64,000 nt of DNA from Felis catus (GCF_018350175.1 NC_058368.1:167092001-167156000), one strand, 5' to 3'; positions 52,079 through 64,000 are shown, numbered from the stretch's first letter. Notes: generated by a model from the sequence alone, not told the origin. A program made the numbers and translations.

Positions 52079-52565
52079 CTATGTTTAACACATGTCTCTT
52101 TCACTTTGTTGATTATACAAAAACTACCATGAAATACATTAAATGTCGAAAATCTCTAATTAGGTAATAATAAATATTAAAATTAGAAACTTGCAAAAGA
52201 AAGAAACCCAAAATTTGAAATTCTCATATCATATTCACTTAACCACATTCTTTTAACTATTTCATACTGTAGGATGTGATTAAAACACCTTTAGATGTTT
52301 TCATGTCTTCTATAATATATTGAAATATATAATGTTATACCATGTAAAGTTTCACCCTCAATTTTTTTTTAATATGACGGAAAAACTATAAATATATGCT
52401 AACCTGACAGATAAGCATTCTGGTTTTAGCTCCTCACTGCCTGTGTTTTGTACTTAGATGCTCTTGACAACAAAATTAGACAATAGATAATCAGAGTGAG
52501 GGATCACTTTTGGGAAGAATACATGTCATATTGCCAAAATAAAGAATCTGTACTTCTCCCTGTAC

Positions 52566-52871
52566 CTTTATCTAAGAACAGTGAAGCGTCCTTGCTTTAT
52601 TGTCTCAGGTGTTGCAATGCTTACTAGTAATAAATATAATGTCAGTGCATCCCCTTGTATGAGATTGGAATCAACAACTTCCAGTTCCAGATTCCACTGA
52701 GTAAGAAGTACTTCTCCTCTTTGAAAGATAACAGTGTAGGACTTCCACTTCCAAATATGAAAGATTAACTTGTACCAGACTTGCCCCAACATGCTAAGTT
52801 AAGCAACCATAAAACTGCACAAGAAGTGATTCTTAACTGGCATTGGACAATAGGCAGCAAAAGATTTCCTT
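52566..52871 (-). pseudogene. Exon remnant, 306 nt
   Basis: tttctcttcttttag|AA GGA; (E)GNLLLPIVQCQLRITSCAVLWLLNLA, frameshift, QVWYKLIFHIWKWKSYTVIFQRGEVLLTQWNLELEVVDSNLIQGDALTLYLLLVSIATPETIKQGRFTVLR* AG|gtacag. Confidence 0.72.
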
Positions 52872-53039
52872 CTAAAAGAAGAGAAACCAACAGGTGAGTT
52901 AAACCAAAAGTAATATAATTGTAAAGTGTTTTATATCCAATATAAAATGAAAATATTTGACAGATTAGAACAAAAGAAGGAGGTTGTAAGAATGCCATTG
53001 TAAAATTCTTCCATCTGTGATGTGTGATATGCAAATTGT

Positions 53040-54185
53040 ATAATGATAAAATATTCTAAATAGTCTCATTAGTCTAATGAGAGTAAGATGCATATTAGGA
53101 GAACCACCAAAATAATCATATAAACAGATACAATTAAAAAGCATGAGAGAAAATAAAACACTAGAAATATTCAATTAAACCAAAAGTAGACATCAAGAGA
53201 GGAACAGAAGAACAAAATACAAATGATACAAGTAAAATGCATAGCTTAAAGTAGCAGAGTTTAACCCCAGCATACCAATAATTACATTCAAATAAAATGG
53301 ACTAAATACTCAAAAGACAGATATTATGACTGGTTTTAAAAAGCAAATTCCAACTATATGCTCTCTATAAGATAGGTATGTTAAAAACAGACACACAGAG
53401 ATAGATAGTAAACGGATCGATGATCTATTGCGCACAGCAAGAAGCATTTTAAAAAACCGTTATGACTGTGTTAATATGAGACAAGGCATAATTCAAGACA
53501 GTAAATATTGCAAGAAATAAAGAGAAGTGTTATATGATAATAAAAAGGTCCATCATCAGAATACATATAAGCCTAAATATGTACTTTAGTAAGAAAGCAT
53601 CAAAAAATATGAAAAAGTGATGGGCTAAAAGGAGAAATAGATAAATATACAGTCATAATTGGATTATGGTAAACATAAATAAGTCATGATAAATAAATCA
53701 TAATGTTCAACACCCTTTCATAATTACTAATAAGACAAATACATTAAAACAGTGTGAATATACAGGATGTGAAAAACATTGTCAGTCAGTGTGATCTCAT
53801 TGACATTAACATAAGCCTGCAAAAAAAACCAAATTTTTGTCAGGTGCAAACAAAGCATTCACCAAGATAAAGCATGTACCTAGATATACAATAAATCTCA
53901 ACAGACTTCAAAAGACTGAAATCTTACATTGTATATTCTCTGACCAAAAAGACTTTTGTTAGAACTCAATAAAAATAAAATATCTAGAAATTTCTAAAAT
54001 ATTTGGAAATTAAACCACACATTTCTAAATAAAGTGGGAAAAAATCACAAAGGAATTTTTGAACAATAGTGAAAATAAAACATATCAAAATTTGTGAGAT
54101 GCAGTGAAACAGTTCTTAAAGGGAAATTTATAGTTTTAAGTGCCAATATTAGAAAAGAAGAAAGTTATAAGGTAAAGTATTTAAC

Positions 54186-54223
<38 letters not shown>

Positions 54224-57200
54224 TTATATGCAAATTATATGCAAAGCAAGCTTTAAAAAAAGGAAGCAATGAAGTCTATGACTGCAGAGAAAATTAATAA
54301 ATCCAAAATTTAGTTCTTTAAAAGACTAATAAACCTGATAACCCTCTATGAAGACTAATGTATTTTTAAAAAGGAATAAAATTAGCAATAGCAGGATGAA
54401 ATAGTGGCTATTTCTACAGAATATTCATATCATAAGGGAATATTATAAGCAACCTCATGCCAAAAAATTAGACAATAAAATGGAAACATTCCTTGGGAAA
54501 AAAGAGACTTAGAAAATAGTTCAAAATGTTTAAAAATTGACCAAAAAAAGAAATAGAAAAATCTGAAAAACTTTATATGTATTAATGAAATTAAATTTGT
54601 AGTAAAGATCTTTTCAAAGACAAACCTGGATTAGTTTAACTGACAGTTTCTACCAAGCATTTAAGGAAGATAAAATGTTACTTTTACACAAAATATTTCA
54701 GAAATTAGAAGAGGAAGGAATTTTTTCCAACTTGTTTTATGAGGTCACGTAGCCCTGATACCAAAGAGTAACAAAGGTATCATAAGAATAGAAAATTAGA
54801 ACTCTTAGTGTCAGCTCTGATATGAAGGAGATTGGAAGTCCTCACTCTCACCCTTAAACAATAGGGAAAAAAAAAAGATGAATAAATTGAAAATCAACGT
54901 ATTTTCTTGGGTCTGTGAGAGAACTGAGGCAGCAGAACAAGCTGCCACCACAAAATCTGGAGAGAAAGGCTGGTCCAGAGTGGAGTGTCACAGCTGAAGT
55001 CAACTACCCTGAAGCAAAAGCCATAAAGAGTAGGGCACTAAATGGTAATTTTGACAAACCACTGGATCCAGAGAGTAAGCTAGTTGAAGAAACGTCTTAG
55101 GACTTCAGTCTTAGGTGAACTCACACTTTTACTTCAGGAACCCCACCAGATAATCATGGTGAAGAGCCAAGAAACATATCCTGTTGGCTCTGGTCAGAGT
55201 AACATTATGAAATATGTCCAGAGGGTTCTCCACAACAAATGCCTACTCTCCAGTGGGAAAGACTTAACCAGAGCTTTATTCCACTTGGGGGAAGGGCATT
55301 TCTGTGATATAGATTAGAGATTAGAACTATGCATACAGATTAGAACAATACATACAGATTAGAACTATACAAAAGAATCAAAAGGAAACACTAGAAATCA
55401 AAAACACTGTAACAAATGAAAAATGCCTCTAATAGGCTCATCAGCAGACTAGACACCACCTAGGAAAGAATCAGGGAATTTAAGGTAGGTTAATAAAACT
55501 TCCTCAAACTGAAATGCAGAGGTAGAAGAACAAAAACAAAAACAAAACAAAGAGATGGAGGAGGGGACAGAGAAAAACGCCCAAGAACTGTGGGAGAATT
55601 TCAAATGATGCAACATAGGTGTATTTAAAATACCAGAAGGAAAATAAAGAGCAGAGCAGAAGTATTTTCATAGTGGCCAAGAACTTCAAAAAATTAATGA
55701 AATATACCAAATCGCAGATCCAGGAACCTCAGAGGCAACCAAGCAGGAAAAATACCATGAAGTCTACATTTTGGCATATCATATTCAGACTACAGGAAAC
55801 CAAGGACAAAAGGAAAATCTCAAAAGAACTGGGGGGTGGCGGCGGGGGGGGGGGGGGGCACTTTCCTAAAGAGAAGCAAAGATAAGAATTACAACAGACT
55901 TCTTGTAAGAAAACATACAAGAAAGAAGGGAATAAAGTGAAATACTTAAAGTATTGAAGGGAGAAAGGTCCCACCAATTACCCTTCAAAATATTCCTTCA
56001 GATGTGAAGAAAAATTAGAGACTACTTACATGAACAAAAACTGAGACTTTGTCACCAATAAATCTGCCCTGCAAGATAGCATTAATTTCTGCTCTAATTT
56101 CTGCAAGAAATGAAGTTCTTCAAGGAAAAAACAAATTAAATAGGTTGGAAATGTGGATCTAAAATCTTTCATTTTTATTTAAAGTAATGCAATGTATTGC
56201 ATGATTATAGCATATGAATAACTAAAATGAATGACAGTAATGTCCTAAGGATGAGATGGAAAAATTAGAAATGCTGTATTATAAGATCCCTATACTACTT
56301 CTGAGGTGATATAATGTTATTTGATGGCAGGTTTAAGTTAATATATGTTGCAAACTCTAAGACAACCACTAACTTTTTTAAAAGAAATATAACTGATATG
56401 CAGAAAAAGGAGACAAAATGTTATTCCGAATAAAATAAAATGCTCAATTAAAACCAAAAAGGGCAGAAGAAGAGGAAAAAATAAAATTACAGGACAATAT
56501 CTTTCATAAAAATAGACACAAAAATTAACAAAATGATAGCAAATAGGATCCAACAATATTTAAAATTGCATCATGACTAAGTGGGGTTTATCCAAGAACC
56601 GAACAAGCTTTTCAACATTTGAAAATTAATCAGCATAATTCTCCCCATTAACAGGATGAAAGAGAAAAATCATATAATCGTCTTAGCGAAGACAGAAAAA
56701 AGCATTTGACAAATTTCAGCAACTATTCATAATAAAAACTTACAGGAAATTAAGAATTTGTAGGAACTTCTCTATTTGATAAAATGCAACTACAAACAAC
56801 AACTTTACAGCTAGCCTCATACAAAATGGTAATATATTAAATGGTTTCTCCTAAGATTATAAATAGGCAAGGATTCTCCCCACTTTTATTCAATATTGTA
56901 CTGTAGGTTCTAGCCAGGACAATAAGGCAAAAAAAAATACATAAAAGGCATAACTGTTGGAAACAAAGAATTAAAACTCTGTGTGTTCTCAAACAACACA
57001 ATTGTGTTAATAAAAAAATTTTTATTACAATTAAGTGAATTTATAAGTTTGGAGAAAACAAGTACACAAAAATCAAGTGTATTTCTATATATTAACCAGT
57101 TATTAGATAATAAAACAAATGCTGCACCTGTACCAAACACAAAAATTAATTCAAAATGGATCACAATCCTACACGCAAAAGTTAAAAATATTAAATTTCT

Positions 57201-59335
57201 TTTTTTTAATTTGTTTATTTTGAGAAAAAGAGCATGCATGTGAGTGGGGAAGGAGCAGAGAGAAAGTGAGAGAGAATTCCAAGCAGGTTCCATGCTGTCA
57301 CTGTATAGCCCAATGCCTGGCTCTATCCTATGAACCGTGAGATCATGACCTGAGCCGAAATCAAGTGTTGGACCCTTAGCTGATTGAGCCACCCAGACAC
57401 CCCTAAATATATTACATTTCTGTAAAAAACAAGGAGAAAAAGTTTTATGACCTTAGGTTGGATAAAGTCTTCATATATAGAACAAGAAAATATAAACCAT
57501 AAAATAAAATATTGATAAACTACATTTCATCAACATTAAAACATTCTTGTTATTCATAAGCCCCTGTTAAGAAAGTGAAAAATCTAGCCACAGACTAGAA
57601 GAAAACATCTGCAATACATGTATATGATAAAGGACGATATTAACAATATACAAAAGAACTCTTAGAATTCAGCAAGAAAATGAAAACCACATCCTTTTTA
57701 AATGGGCAAAAACACACACCCTATAAAATAAGATAGACTAACAGATACTGAGCACATGAAACGATGCTAAATTAATCACCAGGGAAATTAAAATTAAATT
57801 CACACTGTAATGTCACTTCCCACCAATAAGAACTAACAAAAATAAGTGTAAATGAGGATATAGAGTAAGAGAACTCTCATGAATTGCTTTGTTGGAGAAC
57901 AATCTGGCATTTTCTTATAAAATTAAACATACATTCACACCAAAGGAAAAAATCAGCAAAACTAAAAGGCAGTCTTCATAATGGGAGAAGATATTTGCAA
58001 ATGACGTATCTAATAAAGTGTTAGTATCCAAAGTATATAAAAAACTTAATAAACTCAACACCCAAAAATACATAATCCAGTTAATAAGTGGGCAGAAGAC
58101 ATGAATAGACATTTTTCTAATGAAGACATACAAATGGCCAACAGATACATGAAAAGATGCTTGTTATCACTCATCAGGGAAATACAAATTAAAACCACAA
58201 TGAGATACTACCTCCCACCTGTCAGAATGACTAAAATTAACAACACAGGAAACAACAGAAGTTGGCAACCATGTGGAGAAAGGGGAACCCTTTTGCACTG
58301 TTGGTGGGAATGCAAATTGGTGCAGCCACTCTGGAGAAAAATATGGTGGTTCCTCAAAAAATTAAAAATAGAGCTACCCTACAACCCAGAAATTACACTG
58401 TTTACACAAAGGATGCAAAAATACTGATTCAAAGGGGCACATGCACCCCAAAATTTACAGCAGCACTATCAACAGTAGCCAAATTGTGGAAAGAGCCCAA
58501 ATGTCCATCAACTGATGAATAAAGGATAAAGAAGAAGTGGCATATATATACAATGGAATACTACTCAGCCATCAAAAAATGAAATGTTCCATTTACAATG
58601 ACATGGATGGAACTAGGGTGTATTATGCTAAGCAAAATAAATCCTAGAAAGACAAATACCATATGATTTCACCTATGTGTGGAATTTAAGAAACAAAATA
58701 GATGAACATAGGAGAAAGGAAAGAAAGAAAGAGGGTATAAAACCATAAGAGACTCAACTATAGAGAACAAACTGAAGGTTGCTGGAGGGGAAGTGGTTGT
58801 GTGATGGGCTAAAATAGGTGATGGGCGTAAGGAGGGCACTTGTTGGGATGAGCACTGGGTTTATACGTAAGTGATGAATTACTAAATTCTACTCATAAAA
58901 CCATTATTTCACTTATGTTAACTAAAATTTAAATAAAATTTTTTAAAAAGTTAATCATATATTTATATAACTTGGCAATTCTAAAAAAACATACGTGAGA
59001 ATTCAGAACAGCTTTATTTATAATAAAACAGCTCAAGTGTCCATAGGCAATTGCATGGATGAAGAAGTTATGGTATATTCATACAGTGAAATACTACTCA
59101 GCAATAAAAAAGAAAACTAATCAAAGGGCATGGAAATCAAACTATTGGTTGTCTGAGGTGAGAGGCAGTGGCTGCAAATAAGCAGTAGTGAACTTTCTAG
59201 CATGATAGAAATATTCTAGATTTTGACTGAAGTGATGAGTTACATGTGTGTACATATCTGTGACGTTTCATTAGAATTTATTTTAAATATGTATTTCATT
59301 GTATAAAATTATATCTTAATAAGGTTGACTTTTTA
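53040..59335 (+). mobile_element. Composite nested L1 cluster (old L1M ORF2, L1 5'/ORF1-like piece at about 54800-56480, carnivore L1 3' end at about 57940-58950)
   Basis: ORF 58101..58427 carries L1 ORF2 C-terminal motifs ([26 protein letters not shown]); 3' UTR aaaccataagagactc...gggatgagcactggg. Confidence 0.88.
57200..57403 (-). mobile_element. CanSINE nested in L1
   Basis: tttattttgag...gagccacccagacacccc. Confidence 0.92.
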
Positions 59336-59458
59336 AAAAAATGCTGAGTGTAAAATCAGGACACTTGTTTAAAAAATCATTGATTCAAGAGCTCAAGAAA
59401 AGGAAATCAGATCTTCACTAAAAAGATTTTAAAATGCATATGCACACAAATAACTAAC

Positions 59459-59637
59459 CAACCCCAAAAATACACACATAGAGCTAAAAGAGACCTCGCC
59501 CATCATTGAAAAGTTCTGTGTTAGTTATAGACTATAAATTGTTCGATAACTGAATAACAAAATGAAGCAATAAAACTGGAGTGAATTTATGACGCAGACG
59601 TCTTTTCTACTTAGGTTGGCCCTCCCTGACAAGCTTG
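59459..59637 (-). pseudogene. Exon remnant, 179 nt, phase 2 to 1
   Basis: ctgttttatag|C AAG; KLVREGQPK*KRRLRHKFTPVLLLHFVIQLSNNL*SITNTELFNDGRGLF*LYVCIFGV G|gttagt. Confidence 0.68.
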
Positions 59638-59779
59638 CTATAAAACAGTAGTTTAACATAAATTAGTCTTTGTTTTTGAAAGTAAAAATGTACCTCAAAA
59701 ATGGTCAGAAAATACGCAATAACTACTACAAATATCGGAAAAAGTAACTTTTCTGATTATCTATTTCTTAATGGATTAA

Positions 59780-59981
59780 ATTTTTTTAATGTTTATTTTA
59801 GAGAGAGAGACAGAGCACAAGCAGGGCAGGGAAAGAGAGAGAGGGAGACACAGACTCCAAAGCAGGCTCCAGACTCTGAGCTGCCAGTACAGAGCCCGAC
59901 TGGAACTCGAACTCATGAATTGCGAGATCATGATCTGAGCCAAAGTCAGTCGCTTAACCCATTGAGCCACCTAGGCGCCCC
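59780..59981 (-). mobile_element. CanSINE
   Basis: TSD ttaatggattaaatttt at 59768 and 59982. Confidence 0.95.
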
Positions 59982-60416
59982 TTAATGGATTAAATTTTTA
60001 ATTACTGTTAAATACAGTGAGATCTGGGGATGGAGAGAAATCACAAATTCTACCCTTACATTTGTAGCAACTCATTTCACTTTTGTGAATGCATAATTTT
60101 ATGCAATTTTTAGATTTTCTGATCTAATTTATGTAAAGAGTTTTAATAATCATATATGCTGAAAAGAAAAGATCTAACACCTTGTTAACTATATACTGGG
60201 CCTGCATGTAAAACTTCTACCCTAAGACAAAAGGAAGTGTTAGTTTTATTATCTATAACACATATGACTAGGCTTCATAGAATATAAACTTAGAGGGACT
60301 CAAGTATACTCCAAAAATCATAAAACACTGAACTCTCATTTTCAAACTGATTAAGAATCAAAAGATACTTTTGACATATTTTATGTCATGTGGCACTTCA
60401 TGATATTTCAAAATAC

Positions 60417-60650
60417 CTCACTTTTAAGTTTCAGAAGATTTCAACATGAAAGCCTTCTAGAAAGCTAGGCTCTATAAAAGTAATTCTCAGTATATCGATT
60501 AGGAATCAACAAAACCGTTTACAAATAACTGTTACTTCAAGGCCAAACCAATTCATAGAATCTTCATTTCTGAGAGCTGCTGAAGCAAAAATAAATTCTG
60601 AACTATGACGTTGTCATAACATATACATAGGTTGGTCCATGATCTCTTTT
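60417..60650 (-). pseudogene. Exon remnant, 234 nt, phase 2 to 2
   Basis: aagttatag|A AAA; KEIMDQPMYML*QRHSSEFIFASAALRNEDSMNWFGLEVTVICKRFC*FLIDILRITFIEPSFLEGFHVEIF*NLKV AG|gtattt; all three stops TGA. Confidence 0.75.
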
Positions 60651-60799
60651 CTATAACTTGTATTTAAAAATCATTATAACAACACTACAATTCTATGTGT
60701 TGTAAGGTAAAATAAAAATTTTATCAAATATATCTGTTTACTACTCTGGTCAAGCTAACTTTATTTCCAAAGCTAATTAACAAAGCTCAAATGACTAAC

Positions 60800-61247
60800 T
60801 CAGCTCAGGTTATGTAAATGAATTCCTTCGTATAGTTTGCATATATTAAGCAGTGGGAGACTGTTTCTTCACTGAGTTTGGGAAAAAACTTAAATTTTAT
60901 CTATGTAAAATAAGAGCAGATAATCTGATTTGACGTATCTTGAGAAGCCTGGAGGCTACAGAAACCCCACTGGGCCAGTGGATGATTAGTTAATAAAGGG
61001 AAAGCAGCCTGACACCAAGGTGAGCAATAATTAAACCTGTAGTGAAATTCTCTAACAGAATTCAATAAAGTAGCACATTGTTAGCAGAACAATGTTTCTT
61101 CAAATGGCATTGATGAGTAAACCTCAAAGTGAGCAGAGATTCTGATCCGAGGAAAAACGCAGACACTCATTCTATGAATTTACTGCTCCCTGGATCATAT
61201 TCTGTACAAGCAATGTATAGGATATTCGATGTATTAAATTTCCACTG
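60800..61247 (-). pseudogene. Exon remnant, about 448 nt
   Basis: ctttctttttgcatccattttcaaaag|CAG TGG; QWKFNTSNILYIACTEYDPGSSKFIE*VSAFFLGSESLLTLRFTHQCHLKKHCSANNVLLY*ILLENFTTGLIIAHLGVRLLSLY; donor |gttagt. Confidence 0.72.
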
Positions 61248-61299
61248 CTTTTGAAAATGGATGCAAAAAGAAAGTATTAGGAGCTACATCTTCTCTTCA

Positions 61300-62080
61300 T
61301 TTGCTTATTCATGTCAACATTGTGTTGTGTTTTGTTCTGTGGGAACAATGCTAAAAGCTAGAAATCCAAAGAGGTTGCTGTCCTGAAGGGGCTTGTAATA
61401 TCACAGGCAAGCCAGACATATAAAGAAGTAAATACTTTCAAAGTGTGAAGGTGTACAGGGAGGAAACCTCTAACTCAGCCTGAGAGTGTCAGAAGAGATA
61501 ACATTTAGGAGGGATTTTGAGGAATAACTAGGCTTTTTTCAAATGGGAAAAGGCATTTCAGTCAGAGGAAACTGAAAGTGAAAAAGTATGAAGTTATGAA
61601 AATGAATGACAATTCATGAAGCCATAACACCGTCAGCTTGGTCTGTGGGCAGTGGAGTACAGGGGGGAGGATGAGTACACGCAAGAGGGAAGGGAGGACC
61701 AAATTGTGAATAGCTTTGACTGTTGATGTAGACTTCTTTCTATGGACAGTAGATAGCAAACTCAACAGAGCAAGGGAGAAAAAGAACGTGATTGCAGGTT
61801 TTCTTGGCTCCCAGAAGGCAGTGAACTACTCTTTTTACACAGCTCATACATACTTGCAAGGTGCTTGGGCATCATTAGAGAAGGAAGAAACACATTAAAG
61901 TATTTATGTAAACAGTGACGATAGAGAAGTGGGGTAAGACAGGAGGCTGAGAGACCAGTTAAAACTGCCTACTATAGCTGAGGTAAAATAAGGGTCAGAA
62001 CAAGAAGCAGTGAGGAGGAAGCAAGGAGGATTGAGATTTGAAATGAAACCAATGTGTCTTGAGTTGGAGTGAGAAGATAA
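61300..62080. mobile_element. L2 fragment (similar fragments at about 240-600, 11590-11650, 36040-37100, 50030-50310)
   Basis: Purine-rich L2-like motifs such as ggaggctgagagaccagtta. Confidence 0.5.
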
Positions 62081-62190
62081 AGAGGAAATTGTTCAAGGAT
62101 GACAGCTAGGATTTTGCTTTGGGGGAACAGATTTCATGACATTATTAAGCATCACGGAGAATTTAAGGGGAAAAGTAGAATTGCATTTAT

Positions 62191-62465
62191 GGGGAGCACA
62201 GGGAAGTCTAATAGAGGCTTCGCAGGAGACATTATTGAAAGAAAAACCATCAAGAACCCTATCTCCTGTTTTGTCTTTTTTACTAATTCTATATTTCCAC
62301 ATGCACTTAGGAAATTCTTTCAGAAGTCCTCTTGATCATCTGTGTCCTCTTCTTCCAAATGTCACCCATCTTTTTTCCTGGGTTCTATATCTTTCAAAAA
62401 TTGAACACTGAATTTTCTAGAAGAGAAAGCAGAGAAGCTTCTTTCTCGTGATAGTCTTTTACACC
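62191..62465 (-). pseudogene. Exon remnant, about 275 nt
   Basis: ttttcctatag|GGT GTA; GVKDYHEKEASLLSLLENSVF, frameshift, FLKDIEPRKKDG*HLEEEDTDDQEDF*KNFLSACGNIELVKKTKQEIGFLMVFLSIMSPAKPLLDFPVLP; donor probably mutated (ataaat). Confidence 0.65.
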
Positions 62466-63007
62466 CTATAGGAAAATCTCAAAATAAGCATAAGATTTCT
62501 TATATTATCCCCCCAAACAAACCAACAAACAAAAGATATGCTCCCACATTACCATGTTTCCAAGAAGTGTGGGCTCACTGGATTGCAAGACTATCCCCTG
62601 AAGTGGAATCAAGCCTCCGAGAAGATCTACCCCACTAACCAAAAGTGGAACCAGAGACAATTTCTAACTCCCTTTTAGCTTTCTCTAGATCTGAAAGGGG
62701 TTGGGACAGGAGGTGAAGGACAGTGTGACAGATGGGGGTCCTCTGTTTTCTTCTGTAGAAAGTTCTATAACCCCCATACCTATCCTTCATGCATCTCAGG
62801 ACTCAACAGAGGTTCAGAATCTGCTAACAGGGATTTGTTATTTTGACTGAATTAAAGAGCTCAACCTTAATTGAAATATAAGAGTTAAGGTATGTACTTA
62901 GCGCCGTGATTTTTTTTTCATGTGCTGATATAATGATGATGATGTAAGACCATCTGGAATAAAGACAGAAGTTACATCAAGCTGAAAATTATATTCCTAA
63001 GCCTTAC

Positions 63008-63228
63008 TTATGATAACAGGTTCAAGCAAGTTCTCAATTCTCATTAGCAGTTCTTGATCTAACGAGGATTCTTTGGCTCATCAGCAAATGCCATGCTTCT
63101 TCCAAGTAGCTCACTCCCATTCCTCTCTGCTGAAGCCCCAGGCTCTCACACAGAGGGTTCCTAATGGCCTGCAGCCCAATCTTAAACTCGCCACATCTCT
63201 GCAGTATGTCATATTCCATCAGGAGCTA
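63008..63228 (-). pseudogene. Exon remnant, 221 nt
   Basis: ttatttgcacag|; *LLMEYDILQRCGEFKIGLQAIRNPLCESLGLQQRG...ESSLDQELLMRIENLLEPVII*|gtaagg. Confidence 0.72.
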
Positions 63229-63309
63229 CTGTGCAAATAACATATTTCCATTTTTAAAGTCTGAAAAATGTCACAAAAAGCTTTTGGCATTTACATGACT
63301 CAGACTTAC

Positions 63310-63474
63310 ACCCTCTAATTCTCTCTGCAGCTAATTTCTTATGTTCGATACATACCCACCACAGGAAACCAGGAATAACGATTACAGGAAAAGCTGAAGT
63401 TCGACAGCCCAGCCATTAGCATTCACAAATCTAAAGAGTAGGGATTTAAATGGCACTATCGACAGTTATTTCTT
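63310..63474 (-). pseudogene. Exon remnant, 165 nt, phase 0 to 0
   Basis: ttttcgttatag|AAG; KK*LSIVPFKSLLFRFVNANGWAVELQLFL*SLFLVSCGGYVSNIRN*LQRELEG|gtaagt. Confidence 0.72.
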
Positions 63475-63541
63475 CTATAACGAAAATCAGGACTGTCAAC
63501 ATGTGAGACATTAAAAAATATTCAGTAATTTTAGTTATAGC

Positions 63542-64000
63542 CTGTAGGGTTTTTTTTTAATGCATTCCTGAGAACTAGCAAAAATCTACAAAGATGTGCA
63601 CCAAGAGGGCCTAATAGATCAGAGGAGTGAAATTATATTCAATGTGGGTAAAACAGCTTGCTGTATGTTCTCCAACTACTGATCTTATCTCTCATAATCA
63701 TGCCCCATGCTTCGTTTAATGTTGGACCACACTCACTATGAGAGGAAATTCACGCTTGCATTTTATGAGGCTCAGCATGCAAAATCCACATGCTATGTTT
63801 CCATTTCTTCTGTCTCACTTTACATAGATTGGGCTTTTATCTTTCTGCTGAATAACATTTGTTGTTTTATTTTCCACTGCTTAATATACCAGGGCTTACT
63901 AGAGGAAATGGGGAGACCAGTGGCAGGTCTATCTTAGCCCCAGGAAGAGATTCTAAAACACTCTGAAAATCTGCTCATTTGAATTTGGTTGCATTGTATG
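63542..64000 (-). pseudogene. Probable exon remnant running off the window edge
   Basis: ADFQSVLESLPGAKIDLPLVSPFPLVSPG...ECGPTLNEAWGMIMRDKISSWRTYSKLFYPH...LLGPLGAHLCRFLLVLRNALKK; donor not canonical. Confidence 0.5.

Larger units (their letters stand above)
731..64000 (-). pseudogene. Decayed giant multi-exon gene (candidate unitary pseudogene), about 40 exon remnants, product not identified; probably extends beyond both window edges
   Basis: Chain of minus-strand non-repeat blocks with AG/GT boundaries, mostly phase-compatible junctions and protein-like translations containing in-frame stops and frameshifts; old TEs fall between the blocks. Confidence 0.85.

Noticed and set aside
55310..55372. 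Short tandem repeats (cagattagaac(t/a)ata x3; also cacaattaaccaagaa x2 at about 35892-35927) as an array or CRISPR-like structure
   Set aside because: Simple slippage duplications without unique spacers, in mammalian DNA
58101..58522. 108-aa and 86-aa ORFs as host genes
   Set aside because: Fragments of a defective L1 ORF2 C-terminus
976..59985. Recurring ORFs such as GQRETEHERGRGRERGRHRIG and MAQSVKHLT
   Set aside because: Translations of CanSINE copies, not genes

Overview
AT-rich mammalian DNA, almost certainly felid: about two dozen tRNA-derived CanSINEs (several of the young cat type), carnivore L1 3' ends, old L1M/L2/MIR/MER20/Tigger/ERVL-type fossils and one young gammaretroviral solo LTR. 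I found no intact protein-coding gene, and most ORFs in the supplied track are repeat-derived or random. The main signal is on the minus strand: about 40 non-repetitive blocks spanning the whole window (about 64000 down to 731), mostly bounded by polypyrimidine-AG acceptors and GT donors. They largely join in compatible intron phase and translate into protein-like sequence broken by scattered stops and frameshifts. I read this as the decayed remains of one very large multi-exon gene (candidate unitary pseudogene) with roughly 16 kb, about 5000 codons, of former coding sequence in the window and probably both ends outside it. I could not recognise the protein family. Exon calls were made by hand, so some boundaries and frames are approximate; repeat family names come from recognition, not a database search.
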